A stretch of 32,092 nucleotides of DNA from a virus (Duplodnaviria; Caudoviricetes). A model generated the notes under the pieces. That model made no database searches, had not been told where the DNA came from, and was given only the letters and a program-made list of their open reading frames with translations. The DNA lies in IMG/VR virus record IMGVR_UViG_3300008255_000320, positions 1-32,092 of that record; one strand, written 5' to 3'. Position numbers and translations under genes: made by a program. Numbering within the stretch: the stretch's first letter is position 1; each line of letters begins with the position of its first letter. Of the stretch, positions 16,306 to 25,837 are shown one piece after another.

Positions 16306-17535
16306 TTATAAAAAAGCCCCAGCTACCGCACCAATACCGGCTCCTATTGCTGTACCTACACCAGGCTCAATACCGGTTCCAATAGTTGCTCCTACTGATG
16401 CACCTGTCATAACTCCACTTAATTCACTCTGTACAGCAGACATAGGACGATTCACAACATACGCTGCTCCACTCATCGAAGCAAGCATATTGCCTCCCAT
16501 CAGTAATAGATCGAATGGCCACTTCGCATCAAGCACATCAAGATCTATATTACGATCTGTCTGTTCCTTTTTCGCGATTATCTTCATTCTATTAAGTTCG
16601 GTTTGAATAGTAGTTGCTACTTTATCAGAATCTATTTCAATAGACAACAGCTGGGTTATCTGATTAGCACCTTCAATAAGAAATAGATCTCTATCTTTTT
16701 GATACTGTAAATAACTTGACATATAGTTCTGTAAATCCTGTGCGTATGTTTGTAGCTGCTGTGCTGTTTTAGCAGTTCCTGTATTAGCATAGAGCTGCAT
16801 CATTGTTCGATACGTCTCTCCATATTCAGCAATAACTCGATCCATTGTAGCAGCTCTTCGTTCTGCTATAAACTTACGAACATCGTTCTGAAACTGATTC
16901 TCAGCAAGCGTCAGACCGATAACAAATGCAGAACTATTCACTGCGTTAATATCCGCCATTCCGCCAGTCATTCTACTAATAGATCGAAGATGCGCCGGTT
17001 TAATGTCGTCCTCATAAGCATCAACAAGATTATCCATTACATCGGATAGATCTATTGACGTGGCCTTAGCAACTGCATCATCTACGAGTCCATCTATAAG
17101 CAACTGAATTGCTACATCACCTGCTGTAAACAAATTTCCTGTTCTTGTTATAGCGTCTGCCGCAGCATCACCAAACTCGTTGTTAGCATTACCTCTTGAT
17201 AACAATTCAATAGTCTCAACGTCATTATTAGGAGAAATGAAAACAGCTCCCCTTTTTGCGTTAGCTTGACTAATTGCAGCGTCCCACTCGGCAGAGTGGT
17301 TCAATGAAGCAACAAGAGTGTTAAACGTATCGAATCGAGACTGGTTAGATGCAAGTGGCGCATCAGGAATATATGCGTTAGCATTATCATAAGGAGACAT
17401 TGCCGAACCTGCTTCAATCAACGTTGTCATATAGTATGATGGATTCGCTAGCGCATCACCAAGCCACGAACCATGAACATTCTGCATATAAGTAGGATAA
17501 CTTACCGCTCCACTATTTCCGCCGCCTCCGCTCAT
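16306..17535 (-). CDS. putative ejection/pilot protein
   Basis: MSGGGG N-terminus and C-terminal glycine-zipper GASVGATIGTG...GAGIGAVAG, typical of podovirus ejection proteins. Confidence 0.6.
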   Translation of the reverse strand: MSGGGGNSGAVSYPTYMQNVHGSWLGDALANPSYYMTTLIEAGSAMSPYDNANAYIPDAPLASNQSRFDTFNTLVASLNHSAEWDAAISQANAKRGAVFISPNNDVETIELLSRGNANNEFGDAAADAITRTGNLFTAGDVAIQLLIDGLVDDAVAKATSIDLSDVMDNLVDAYEDDIKPAHLRSISRMTGGMADINAVNSSAFVIGLTLAENQFQNDVRKFIAERRAATMDRVIAEYGETYRTMMQLYANTGTAKTAQQLQTYAQDLQNYMSSYLQYQKDRDLFLIEGANQITQLLSIEIDSDKVATTIQTELNRMKIIAKKEQTDRNIDLDVLDAKWPFDLLLMGGNMLASMSGAAYVVNRPMSAVQSELSGVMTGASVGATIGTGIEPGVGTAIGAGIGAVAGAFL

Positions 17536-17960
17536 TTAACCTCCAATCTGATAACAATCTCTTCCAAATCAGCACCAAGACCTTTTGCAATTTCTTTCAT
17601 TCTTGGAACGCGAGTATAACCAACTATATACTTACACCCTTCCTGTTTAGCATACGATGAAAGAGTTAAAAAATATCCCTGCCAAAGTCTTGGCTCCGTT
17701 CCAGTGCTTAGAAGTGAATATATAAGTAGATTCTTTTCACCAGTCACTATATCATAAGTAAATATTGTAGTAGCCATTCCAAGAAGCTTATTATCATCAT
17801 TAAGCATTCCCCAACAGGTAAGCAACCCAGCTAAACAACTACTTAGCAACTGCTTTCGTCTATGCTCAACGTTCTCAACTAATGGCATAGCTGCTTCAAT
17901 CATTGGAGCCACTTCACTCCAATGTTTAGCTACTAATTCTGGTAGCATTTTCGCTAACAT
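17532..17960 (-). CDS. GNAT-fold-like virion assembly protein (putative)
   Basis: 142 aa with AKQEGCKYIVGYTR; lies between the nozzle and ejection genes. Confidence 0.5.
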   Translation of the reverse strand: MLAKMLPELVAKHWSEVAPMIEAAMPLVENVEHRRKQLLSSCLAGLLTCWGMLNDDNKLLGMATTIFTYDIVTGEKNLLIYSLLSTGTEPRLWQGYFLTLSSYAKQEGCKYIVGYTRVPRMKEIAKGLGADLEEIVIRLEVK

Positions 17961-19503
17961 TCCGGCTCCTTAAGCTGCTCTTATCAGTGTAAGCAATATT
18001 AATGCTAATTGATTCAGGTACATCCGTCTCAACATAATTAGTTGCCTTAACTCCTATCATAAACTCGACTGCGCTGACTTGAAACCTAATCCAACCTTTT
18101 TTATTTAATGCTCTCCACTCGGTCTGGACAAACGTTTTCTTCTTATCATAACGATAATAAATACAGACATACCAATCAGCTGCAGCATCAACATCCATAA
18201 CAACAGGAATGTCTATTTGTGTAACTGTTTTCTCTCCTCTAACTCCAAAGTCAAGCGTATCAGTAACAATACGAACTTCTGAATCATTATCACCAACAAT
18301 GTTACAGAACCCCTTTGTTTCACCTTCGGCAACGAAAACAGAAGTTATTATCTGATCAAGTTTTGATAAACCAAACTGTGTTAGTTTGAATGTTCTATCA
18401 GATCCACCAATATAGAACGTATTATTTTCCTCTGTATAGCTTACAATAATCTCCGTTCCAAGTAGCGGAACCATGTACTCTTGATAACCAAGCTTCTCAG
18501 GTCCTTTCTCTGTAATTCTCCAAATAACACCAGAGCCATCTACACAGACGTGATTGCTCTCGTTTCCACTAACAGCTCCTCTACTTGCCAAGCCAATCTG
18601 ATTGAAAATGTCTTGTCTACCAAGTGTTGAAAAAGGTTCTGTAGTAGGAAACAGAAACGTCATTCCATTCTGTCCATAAACCATTAGCCCCTTGCCAAGC
18701 GGTCTAACTTGGTAAACAGCGCCTCGCCAGTTCATTGGCATGAAGCCACTCTCATTACGTTGCCAATAGTCAAAGATTAGTGGCTTATCGTAGCTGTACT
18801 CTGTTCCATCTATTTTACCTCCCAACAGAAGATTAGTATCAAACAACCAAAGCATGTCTCCACCACCAACTGTGCTCCACCATACAAAATTTTCTCCAAG
18901 CGGTTCATAGGTAGGAATATTTAACCCTTTTCTATTTCCCCAGTCCTCAAAGAATCTTCTCCAAGCGTTATTCCAGAAATTATCTGAATCAAAGCCAGCA
19001 AGAACTGCTCTACCACGGAAAGCACAGCAGGCGTTTACTGGAATACTATCTTGGACGTAGACCTTATCAGGCTCATTAAATATGTCCTTTGTATGAAAAA
19101 CTGTTGAAACTCCGTTCGTTAACAACCAACTGTCATGAAAATCACAGAGCTGCCAAACTCCCCCGATGCTAATACTCTTCTCGGTATCCTTAGCCATAGC
19201 ATTATATGTAGGAACTTCAAGCGTTGTCCAATCACTTTCTTGTATTAGATCAACTCTTGTCTTCCCACATAAGAAGCTATATTTGTTCCCTCTAATTATC
19301 TGAGGAAATGGCCACTCAAGTTCGGCAGCTGCTGCACTAATAACACCTACACTGAGAGCATTCTCAATAGCAACAAGCTTTGTTACACCGTTCTCAGTAA
19401 CCTCAGCATTAAATAGCTCATAGAGCTCATCGCTGTTTCTTCGAAACCTGTAGTCTCTACGAAGGCCTTTTTTAAGCTGCAATATTTTAGTAACCTCTCT
19501 CAT
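17926..19503 (-). CDS. tail nozzle / head-closure (tubular B / P22 gp10-like) protein
   Basis: 525 aa, beta-rich propeller-like sequence (VWWSTVG, FRGRAVL); follows the adaptor gene. Confidence 0.6.
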   Translation of the reverse strand: MREVTKILQLKKGLRRDYRFRRNSDELYELFNAEVTENGVTKLVAIENALSVGVISAAAAELEWPFPQIIRGNKYSFLCGKTRVDLIQESDWTTLEVPTYNAMAKDTEKSISIGGVWQLCDFHDSWLLTNGVSTVFHTKDIFNEPDKVYVQDSIPVNACCAFRGRAVLAGFDSDNFWNNAWRRFFEDWGNRKGLNIPTYEPLGENFVWWSTVGGGDMLWLFDTNLLLGGKIDGTEYSYDKPLIFDYWQRNESGFMPMNWRGAVYQVRPLGKGLMVYGQNGMTFLFPTTEPFSTLGRQDIFNQIGLASRGAVSGNESNHVCVDGSGVIWRITEKGPEKLGYQEYMVPLLGTEIIVSYTEENNTFYIGGSDRTFKLTQFGLSKLDQIITSVFVAEGETKGFCNIVGDNDSEVRIVTDTLDFGVRGEKTVTQIDIPVVMDVDAAADWYVCIYYRYDKKKTFVQTEWRALNKKGWIRFQVSAVEFMIGVKATNYVETDVPESISINIAYTDKSSLRSRNVSENATRISS

Positions 19504-19679
19504 CGCTTCTTAGCTTTTCTTGGCTTCTTCTTCTTTGTCATTTTCGCTTCGCTCATTGCTATTGCTATAGCCTGATTTCGATTCGTTACCTTCTTTCCAC
19601 TCGGAGTCCTGAGCGTTCCCGCCTTGAACTCGCGCATCACTTTGTGAATCTTCCACTTTCCACTTTTCTTCCTCGTCAT
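19500..19679 (-). CDS. small basic DUF6496-like protein
   Basis: KIHKVMREFKAGTLRTPSGKKVTNRNQAIAIAMSEA motif; AAGGAG SD before ATG 19679. Confidence 0.8.
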   Translation of the reverse strand: MTRKKSGKWKIHKVMREFKAGTLRTPSGKKVTNRNQAIAIAMSEAKMTKKKKPRKAKKR

Positions 19680-19791
19680 AGATCTGCTCCTTTCTTTCAA
19701 CCAGCATAGCTTCAAGTTCTAAGCGCTTCGCTCTTTCCGCTTCTTCCTTGAGCGCCTTAGCTTTTGCTATCATATCCTTTCTTATCCGCAT
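19510..19791 (-). CDS. charged hypothetical protein overlapping the DUF6496-like gene
   Basis: ATG immediately follows the adaptor stop (TAAATG), with GGAGG upstream; 93 aa. Confidence 0.45.
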   Translation of the reverse strand: MRIRKDMIAKAKALKEEAERAKRLELEAMLVERKEQIYDEEEKWKVEDSQSDARVQGGNAQDSEWKEGNESKSGYSNSNERSENDKEEEAKKS

Positions 19792-20523
19792 TTAACCCTC
19801 CATAAAGCTGTTACCAACAAGCTCTTGCTCGACACGATCATCTTGATCACCCTTCAACAGATCCTCGATAAACGCCCGCTGCGTTCTTACCCCCTCCAGA
19901 TTGCGATTATGACGCTCAATACACAAAACTGTAGAAGCAATAACAGCTTCAGGCTCATACATAGTCCACCAATTAACATCGCTAGCATTTGAAAGGACCT
20001 CGCTAAAGAACGTTCCAAGAAGCTCTATAGTATAGACCTCATCAGCAGGTGGCATCCACTGAATGCCACGTAGTGTATAGCCAGTATCAAATAGAATGTC
20101 ATAAACACTATATGTAAAACCGGTATGAACTGCTTGTGTCAAAGCTTTCTGTGATGGAGCTAAACGATGTAGATCATAGCTCCAATACTTTGGCAGGCCA
20201 GAGGTAACATTAGCAGAGGTAGAATCACTATAGTTAACTCTCAACCATCCCCCTGTAACTGGACTAACTAGCTTCCTTTCATCTGAGTCAGCTGCCCAAA
20301 CCTCTTTTACTGCTCGAAGATCTGCTACACTAAGTCTAACATCTCCTATCGCTACATCCTTCTTATACCAACGAAGTTCTTCCGACAGTGGGAAATTCTT
20401 ATCAAGATACTTCACACCAGCGTTGATAAAAGTAGTTAGATTCCAAATCGAATCGTTTGAATTGTATAGATCGTAACGACCACTTGATTCGAGAATCATC
20501 TTCTTTAGATTTACAAGTGTCAC
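19792..20523 (-). CDS. head-tail adaptor (tail tubular A-like) protein
   Basis: MTLVNLKKMI...FINAG, GLPKYW, WMPPAD.VY pattern typical of adaptors; downstream of the capsid gene. Confidence 0.65.
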   Translation of the reverse strand: MTLVNLKKMILESSGRYDLYNSNDSIWNLTTFINAGVKYLDKNFPLSEELRWYKKDVAIGDVRLSVADLRAVKEVWAADSDERKLVSPVTGGWLRVNYSDSTSANVTSGLPKYWSYDLHRLAPSQKALTQAVHTGFTYSVYDILFDTGYTLRGIQWMPPADEVYTIELLGTFFSEVLSNASDVNWWTMYEPEAVIASTVLCIERHNRNLEGVRTQRAFIEDLLKGDQDDRVEQELVGNSFMEG

Positions 20524-20873
20524 TGCAGTAATCCTTCAAGATCATCAACCGGTTCAACTACTCTCTTTTTTGATTGAACTTTTTTCTTCTCAAACAGGCT
20601 ATCGGGTGCTTCCATAGAAACAACATCACTATAGTCGGCCAGTCGCTTAGACTGGTTAATGAAGTTGTCTGTAATTAGAACTGTAAACTTTCCATTACCT
20701 GTAATCTTCCATAGCTCTCTCTTCTTCATTTCCTCTTCTATCCTAATCGCATAGATCCGCTCAGTTCCCCAGAGCACAATCACTCCTTTTTTCATTTTGA
20801 GCAATCTATTCTCGTATGTGCAGATTTTATCAAAATTGTCTGCAAGCTCGCGTAATTGCAATATAGTTTGCAT
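20520..20873 (-). CDS. hypothetical protein
   Basis: 117-aa ORF with GAGG SD; overlaps the next start. Confidence 0.7.
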   Translation of the reverse strand: MQTILQLRELADNFDKICTYENRLLKMKKGVIVLWGTERIYAIRIEEEMKKRELWKITGNGKFTVLITDNFINQSKRLADYSDVVSMEAPDSLFEKKKVQSKKRVVEPVDDLEGLLQ

Positions 20874-20885
20874 ATTATAACCTCA

Positions 20886-20906
20886 CAAATTAAAAGTTTT
20901 AATTTG
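20886..20906. repeat. 21-bp palindrome copy 5 (CAAATTAAAAGTTTTAATTTG, perfect arms)
   Basis: Intergenic, next to the capsid terminator hairpin. Confidence 0.95.
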
Positions 20907-20931
20907 AAAGGGGGAAGAAATTTCCCCCCTT
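20907..20931 (-). terminator. probable terminator after the major capsid gene
   Basis: GGGGGAA/TTCCCCC hairpin immediately after the capsid stop, with only a short T-run on the - strand. Confidence 0.55.
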
Positions 20932-20935
20932 CCTT

Positions 20936-22276
20936 CTACGCTGCGTTGTCCATACCAACACCTTTTAAATAGCCCCAAGGGCCATCTAGCATGTACTCGT
21001 ATGTACCTTCAGTAAGATACTCTTCTTGCTTTCCATCAACTCCTTGCGCACCACCCTGATCGTAAAGCATATCAGGTTTATAGTGTGTATCGCGAAGAGG
21101 CAGCCAACGCACAGCTGCTGGTGGAACCAACAGCATTGTATGAGCGTTAGTTGTCTCAAAGTTGAGCAATGGATGAATCTTCAGAAAGATCGTTCCAAAG
21201 ATGCTACGAAGCTCAAGAACCCTAACTCCATAGGCAGCAGTTTTCTCAGTAATTGTATACATCGAATTTGCTTCAACCAGCTGCTGAATGCCAGCAGCAG
21301 CACCGCCACCACACAGCGCTAACACCTCACTACCAAGCTCACCTGAACCAACTGCATAGATCGTCTGAATCATAGCATCCAGCCAATTCTTGCCAGCCTC
21401 TTTCCAGGTCTTTCCAATGTAGTCAGAATTCAATGAGAAATCATCGACCGACGCAGGTACATAAGTTGTGATGAACTGAATAATGCCCATAATAGAGTTT
21501 TCAGGCTTACCATTAGCTCCTGTACCTTCTGTTCTTACTGACCAGATTAGATCCTTCTCCATCTCAATTCCATGATAGAGAAGACCTTGCTGTTTCTCAT
21601 CAATATAAGCATCCCTGCCTCGAAGCGTAGTTTCAAGGGCAGTACCACTCAGTTCAACAGGTGTACGCCAGATCTGTGTAACGTTGTACACATCTACGGG
21701 ATCGTAACGTAGTGCTCTCGGCCGAGTCCCACACTGTGAATTGATGTTACCAATAACCATGATTCGATCAACAGTGGCAAGGTTAAATGATGCTGCTACA
21801 GAACCGTTATCATCAGCTTCATGCAGCTTCACGCTAATAACACTCGAAGCACCATTAATAATAACTCCAACTACCTTACCACGAACGTCCACCTCAAGGT
21901 GGTTGCTGTCTCTAAGGATCACTTTGTGTCCTTCACGAAACATTGCCGCAGTTGCGGCAGCAACTTTTGCGTGAACAGTTCCACCAGCAATACCGATAGT
22001 AGCCTGATGGGTAGCATAAACATAAGCAGTTACAAGACTAACGTCAATATAGACTGCTGTCACTGCACCTGCCTGAGTCGCCAACGTCCTCGTCTTCCAC
22101 GTATATTTCGAGTCAGTTAGCTTCTGTCCTCTACCTGTCTTGCTTGTAATTGCAGTTAGTGGAGCACTACCATTAGGCCAGAGCTCCAAAATCTTTTCTC
22201 GATAGGATCCAGGTCTGGCCGTTGGATCTGTCCAATCACCAGTACCTCTCATCCCAAGAAACGGATATACGGCCAT
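20936..22276 (-). CDS. major capsid protein (DUF5309/SU10-like, HK97 fold) with insertion domain
   Basis: PNGSAPLTA, YNVTQIWRTPVELSGT, HGIEMEKDLIW, MGII, SIFGTIFLKIHPL and EEYLTE motifs; follows the scaffold; strong SD. Confidence 0.85.
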   Translation of the reverse strand: MAVYPFLGMRGTGDWTDPTARPGSYREKILELWPNGSAPLTAITSKTGRGQKLTDSKYTWKTRTLATQAGAVTAVYIDVSLVTAYVYATHQATIGIAGGTVHAKVAAATAAMFREGHKVILRDSNHLEVDVRGKVVGVIINGASSVISVKLHEADDNGSVAASFNLATVDRIMVIGNINSQCGTRPRALRYDPVDVYNVTQIWRTPVELSGTALETTLRGRDAYIDEKQQGLLYHGIEMEKDLIWSVRTEGTGANGKPENSIMGIIQFITTYVPASVDDFSLNSDYIGKTWKEAGKNWLDAMIQTIYAVGSGELGSEVLALCGGGAAAGIQQLVEANSMYTITEKTAAYGVRVLELRSIFGTIFLKIHPLLNFETTNAHTMLLVPPAAVRWLPLRDTHYKPDMLYDQGGAQGVDGKQEEYLTEGTYEYMLDGPWGYLKGVGMDNAA

Positions 22277-22304
22277 TTAAGTTTCTCCTATTTTTTTTTT
22301 AACG

Positions 22305-22419
22305 TTACGGAGCTATACCAATTCTACCAGCAGTATTGCCAGCAGGTTGGTTAGTCCAAACAAGATTATTTACACCAGTTACGTCGATGGCAGTGAAACC
22401 TACCAGCGAGCAATTTCAT
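22305..22419 (-). pseudogene. frameshifted small structural gene remnant (putative)
   Basis: SD + ATG at 22419 gives only 17 aa; removing one A gives MNCSLVGFTAIDVTGVNNLVWTNQPAGNTAGRIGIAP*. Confidence 0.35.
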
Positions 22420-22432
22420 CTTTCCTCCTAAT

Positions 22433-22774
22433 CTAGGATTCGTTCAAGACCCACTGTTTGCCGTTGGACGTGACTGAACGATTGTCACCTGCATTTACAA
22501 CTGTAATATTAGTCCAACCAAACGAATCGCCTCGATCTTTAATTGTAAGTACGTTTGTTGCACCAAGCGAACAGATATTAAACGTCAAATCTTTTGCCTC
22601 ACTAACATTTGGAAGCGTTAGTGTTCCAGCGGCCGCTACTGTACTCACATAGATATTCTCCTCCCAAAGCTCTAAGCTTTTGGTAATATCTGTGACAGCA
22701 ACAGTAGTCCAGAAGACCGTCTTATCTCGCTCGACCACAACAGCATCTATGTCCCTTTTTGCTTGTGATCCCAT
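22433..22774 (-). CDS. putative capsid decoration / minor head protein
   Basis: 113 aa, beta-rich, TLTLPNVSEA and SNGKQW; between scaffold and capsid genes. Confidence 0.55.
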   Translation of the reverse strand: MGSQAKRDIDAVVVERDKTVFWTTVAVTDITKSLELWEENIYVSTVAAAGTLTLPNVSEAKDLTFNICSLGATNVLTIKDRGDSFGWTNITVVNAGDNRSVTSNGKQWVLNES

Positions 22775-22785
22775 TTTTCTTTCTC

Positions 22786-23565
22786 CTATCTTCCTAGTCT
22801 AAGTTCATCCAACTCTTTTTGCAACGATGTTCTTACGTCTGCAGCCCTTCTTGCTGCATTTGGTGCCTTTGCAAAAGCTGGAGTATTTTTATTCGGTTCT
22901 TCGGCTGCTTTCCTTCCTGTGAAAGTTTCGATAGTTCCTTTTACCTCCTTTTCAAGTTCGTTAAATAAAGTAGGATAGTCCCACTCTGGATGTTGTTTGA
23001 TTAACGTAATAGCTCTACTCGACACAAAAGGTCTTATTTTATTAAACTCTGGATTACGTTTGTAGAACTCAAACGCCCCAATATGAAGTTGAACCTGTTG
23101 ATTAACAATATTAGCAAGAACAGGAGTTATAGAGTTAATTGTTTCCTGCTGAATTCTACTTCCAAACTCGGCTATTCGACTATTCACAGTCTTTGCATCA
23201 ATTCCATCTTCGATTTCTTTATCCGTTAAAATCTCGACAGAAGAGACACTCGAAACTGCTGGCTTCTGAGGCTCTATAGGTTTCGGTGTAGCCTGTGCAG
23301 ACTCAGCTGTCGGAGGCGCATAGACCTCAAACATCTCGTTCATTCTTTTAAAAACATCAATCAGCGCATCTGGTTCAACTGGAGCTGCTAGCTTAGCAGA
23401 AGCTCCTTCTGCAGGAGGCTCAGCAGCTGGTGGTTCTGGAGCCGTGGACTGAGTAGGTTCACCTGACGAACTAGTAGGTCCAAGTTCGCTAAGCTCCTTT
23501 ATCAAAGCATCATCTACTGTTGACTCAGCAGAAACAGCCGGTTTATCTGATTTCGAATCAGGCAT
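22786..23565 (-). CDS. capsid scaffolding protein
   Basis: P/E/A-rich disordered N-terminus, helical middle, C-terminal LQKELDEL; GAAGGAG SD before ATG 23565; between portal and capsid genes. Confidence 0.7.
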   Translation of the reverse strand: MPDSKSDKPAVSAESTVDDALIKELSELGPTSSSGEPTQSTAPEPPAAEPPAEGASAKLAAPVEPDALIDVFKRMNEMFEVYAPPTAESAQATPKPIEPQKPAVSSVSSVEILTDKEIEDGIDAKTVNSRIAEFGSRIQQETINSITPVLANIVNQQVQLHIGAFEFYKRNPEFNKIRPFVSSRAITLIKQHPEWDYPTLFNELEKEVKGTIETFTGRKAAEEPNKNTPAFAKAPNAARRAADVRTSLQKELDELRLGR

Positions 23566-23875
23566 GATTTTCTCCTTCCTTTTCCTTGTTTTCATCTCGT
23601 TGTGCTTCGAGATCTTCAATAATTAAGTCAGGTGCCTCTACCAAGAAGCCTATTTCCATTATTGCTCCCTGCATCGCTTCAACACCATAAGTAGTTTTAA
23701 CTTTACCATCCTCAGTAGGAAAATGAACATTATAAACTGGAGCGGTCGCTATCTGTATTTGATATAATCGCAAACGCTCCTGTAGCATAGTAAGTATTTC
23801 CACCCATACAGTATTATCTTTAAACTTCTTAGCATCCTCAATACTAAAAGGCCACTTATCATCAGCCATTACCAA
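23558..23875 (-). CDS. hypothetical head morphogenesis protein
   Basis: 105-aa ORF overlapping both the portal stop and the scaffold start. Confidence 0.7.
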   Translation of the reverse strand: MVMADDKWPFSIEDAKKFKDNTVWVEILTMLQERLRLYQIQIATAPVYNVHFPTEDGKVKTTYGVEAMQGAIMEIGFLVEAPDLIIEDLEAQRDENKEKEGENHA

Positions 23876-25811
23876 TTTCTCCTATCGGGACAATATTACC
23901 CTGTTGTGCCTGCTGATCAATTCTATCAGGTGTAGCAATTCGAGCGTTAATATTTCCTCCCCTCTGAACAAAATCATTTACATTCTTCGCACCAAGTGAC
24001 CTTGCAATGTGTTTGAATATTCTAATAATATCAAATTGCTGTGCAACAGCAGGATTAGTTGCTAATATCTGAAATATCTGTGTCCATGCTATTCCATCAC
24101 TATTACCAGGAATGCTTCCATCATGAGGAACTACATCATAAAGAACATCAATATCATCAGGAGTGACAAGTTTTGTCCGTCCACCAAACTCAGCACTTAA
24201 ATCCTCACCCAATCTACCAATCGCCTTAACATAGGTCTCAGTAGACATAAGCTGCTTAGTCTGTGCAGCAAACAGATAAGCAAGATCAAAATGTGCCTGA
24301 AGTCCCGCTATCTTAGCATCTTTTTCCAGTCTCGAAAGAGCGCTCGAAAAAACCTGGTTAGCCTCAGTTGCACTAACTCGCTCACTTGTCTTTCGTCTCA
24401 GTCCTTTAACAGCTTCTCCTGCTCCACTAACCTGTTCAATAATGCTCATAACAAAACCGATGTCAGGAATGTTCTGTCGAGTAATATCGCTCACAGTTAG
24501 TTGCATCACAGCATCCTTAACACCTTTACCCCAAGCTGCTCTGCGCATTCTGATAAGCTTACCAGGTTCAGGATTCTTTAGATCGTTATAGTTAACAAGA
24601 TATGGATCAACTACAATCATATCGTTAATAGCCTTACGAACGTTAGCTATATGCGATCTAAAAAGCCAGTCGATAGTATGCTGAAGACCATAAATAGTCT
24701 CCATTGCACTTATTGGCATAGGCGTATGACCATCACAATTAGTTGCACTAATAGCTATCGGAAACATATTATGATCAAGACCGAGCTGTTTTGCTGTTAT
24801 CAGTATCTTATCACCTGCAACTGCAAACAACCACTTCTCTGGATTGTCACTTGATCCAAGTCCCCACTCGCTTGGAATAAGTTTAATATAGCGATAAACA
24901 ACATCAACATCATTATTTTGACCAATAATATTGCCTACAGATGGATAGCCAGCTTTAGTCTCTCTACCTGTCTCATCACTAACAAAGTAAGCGCTTCGAC
25001 GATTAGAGAAATGGTCAAGATATCTCACGTTGATAAGCCCTGAGCCAGGATTTGAAATCTCCTCATCAAGCAATGTATAGTAGTCTGTTCGGTCTACCCA
25101 CCCATGTGAGCATGCTCGCTGCGGCCACATCGCATTTGAGTTAGCGTCTGGTAAGTAATTATAAGGGTCGATGTTGTATATCGTACTGCCCTCAAACAAC
25201 GTACCAGTTTCTTCGGTTCGTCTATAACTCTTTCCATTTCTATCGAACAATCTACCAAGCGAAGCAAAGAAACCTGTTTCGTTCACTTCTTCATCTTTCT
25301 TAACCTTACCTACAATTGTCTCCCAGTTGCAAGCAACTACACCAAGTCCATAGGTAAAGTCATCTTTCCACATTGTATAAAGTGAAAGGGCAGATTTAAA
25401 CCTTCGCATCTGAAGCTCAATAACACGCTCAAGCAGCATTGCACCAATTCTATCTTCATCGCCCCAGCCTTCGTAACGAAAAATAGGAGACTCAAGAAAC
25501 GCTGCAACTCGATAGGTTAACAAAGTCTCACGCGTTGCATAAGCAACTGGAACTACAATAGTTACCGGTTTACGAGGATTAGATTGTTGAAGGCTCTTCT
25601 CATATTCATCCAACTCAACGTAAGTAGTCATTGTATGATCTACTTTTCTCCATGATGCAAAGCGAGTTTCAACAATTGAAGAACTATCTTTAACCTGCTT
25701 CATTATACGTCTAACAATGCTATCATGTAGCTCAGAACCAGGCTTCAGATTAAGCTTCTCATAATAATTATAGTCATAATCTACTTGTTTGTAGCCTTCG
25801 TTATTCATCAT
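23862..25811 (-). CDS. portal protein
   Basis: 649 aa directly downstream of the terminase; YGLGVV, IDPYNYLPD, PGKLIR and RVSATEA motifs typical of P22-like portals. Confidence 0.85.
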   Translation of the reverse strand: MMNNEGYKQVDYDYNYYEKLNLKPGSELHDSIVRRIMKQVKDSSSIVETRFASWRKVDHTMTTYVELDEYEKSLQQSNPRKPVTIVVPVAYATRETLLTYRVAAFLESPIFRYEGWGDEDRIGAMLLERVIELQMRRFKSALSLYTMWKDDFTYGLGVVACNWETIVGKVKKDEEVNETGFFASLGRLFDRNGKSYRRTEETGTLFEGSTIYNIDPYNYLPDANSNAMWPQRACSHGWVDRTDYYTLLDEEISNPGSGLINVRYLDHFSNRRSAYFVSDETGRETKAGYPSVGNIIGQNNDVDVVYRYIKLIPSEWGLGSSDNPEKWLFAVAGDKILITAKQLGLDHNMFPIAISATNCDGHTPMPISAMETIYGLQHTIDWLFRSHIANVRKAINDMIVVDPYLVNYNDLKNPEPGKLIRMRRAAWGKGVKDAVMQLTVSDITRQNIPDIGFVMSIIEQVSGAGEAVKGLRRKTSERVSATEANQVFSSALSRLEKDAKIAGLQAHFDLAYLFAAQTKQLMSTETYVKAIGRLGEDLSAEFGGRTKLVTPDDIDVLYDVVPHDGSIPGNSDGIAWTQIFQILATNPAVAQQFDIIRIFKHIARSLGAKNVNDFVQRGGNINARIATPDRIDQQAQQGNIVPIGEIGNG

Positions 25812-25816
25812 ACTTC

Positions 25817-25837
25817 CAAATCAAAATTTTTAATTTG
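25817..25837. repeat. 21-bp palindrome copy 6 (CAAATCAAAATTTTTAATTTG)
   Basis: Fills most of the 26-bp terminase-portal gap. Confidence 0.95.
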
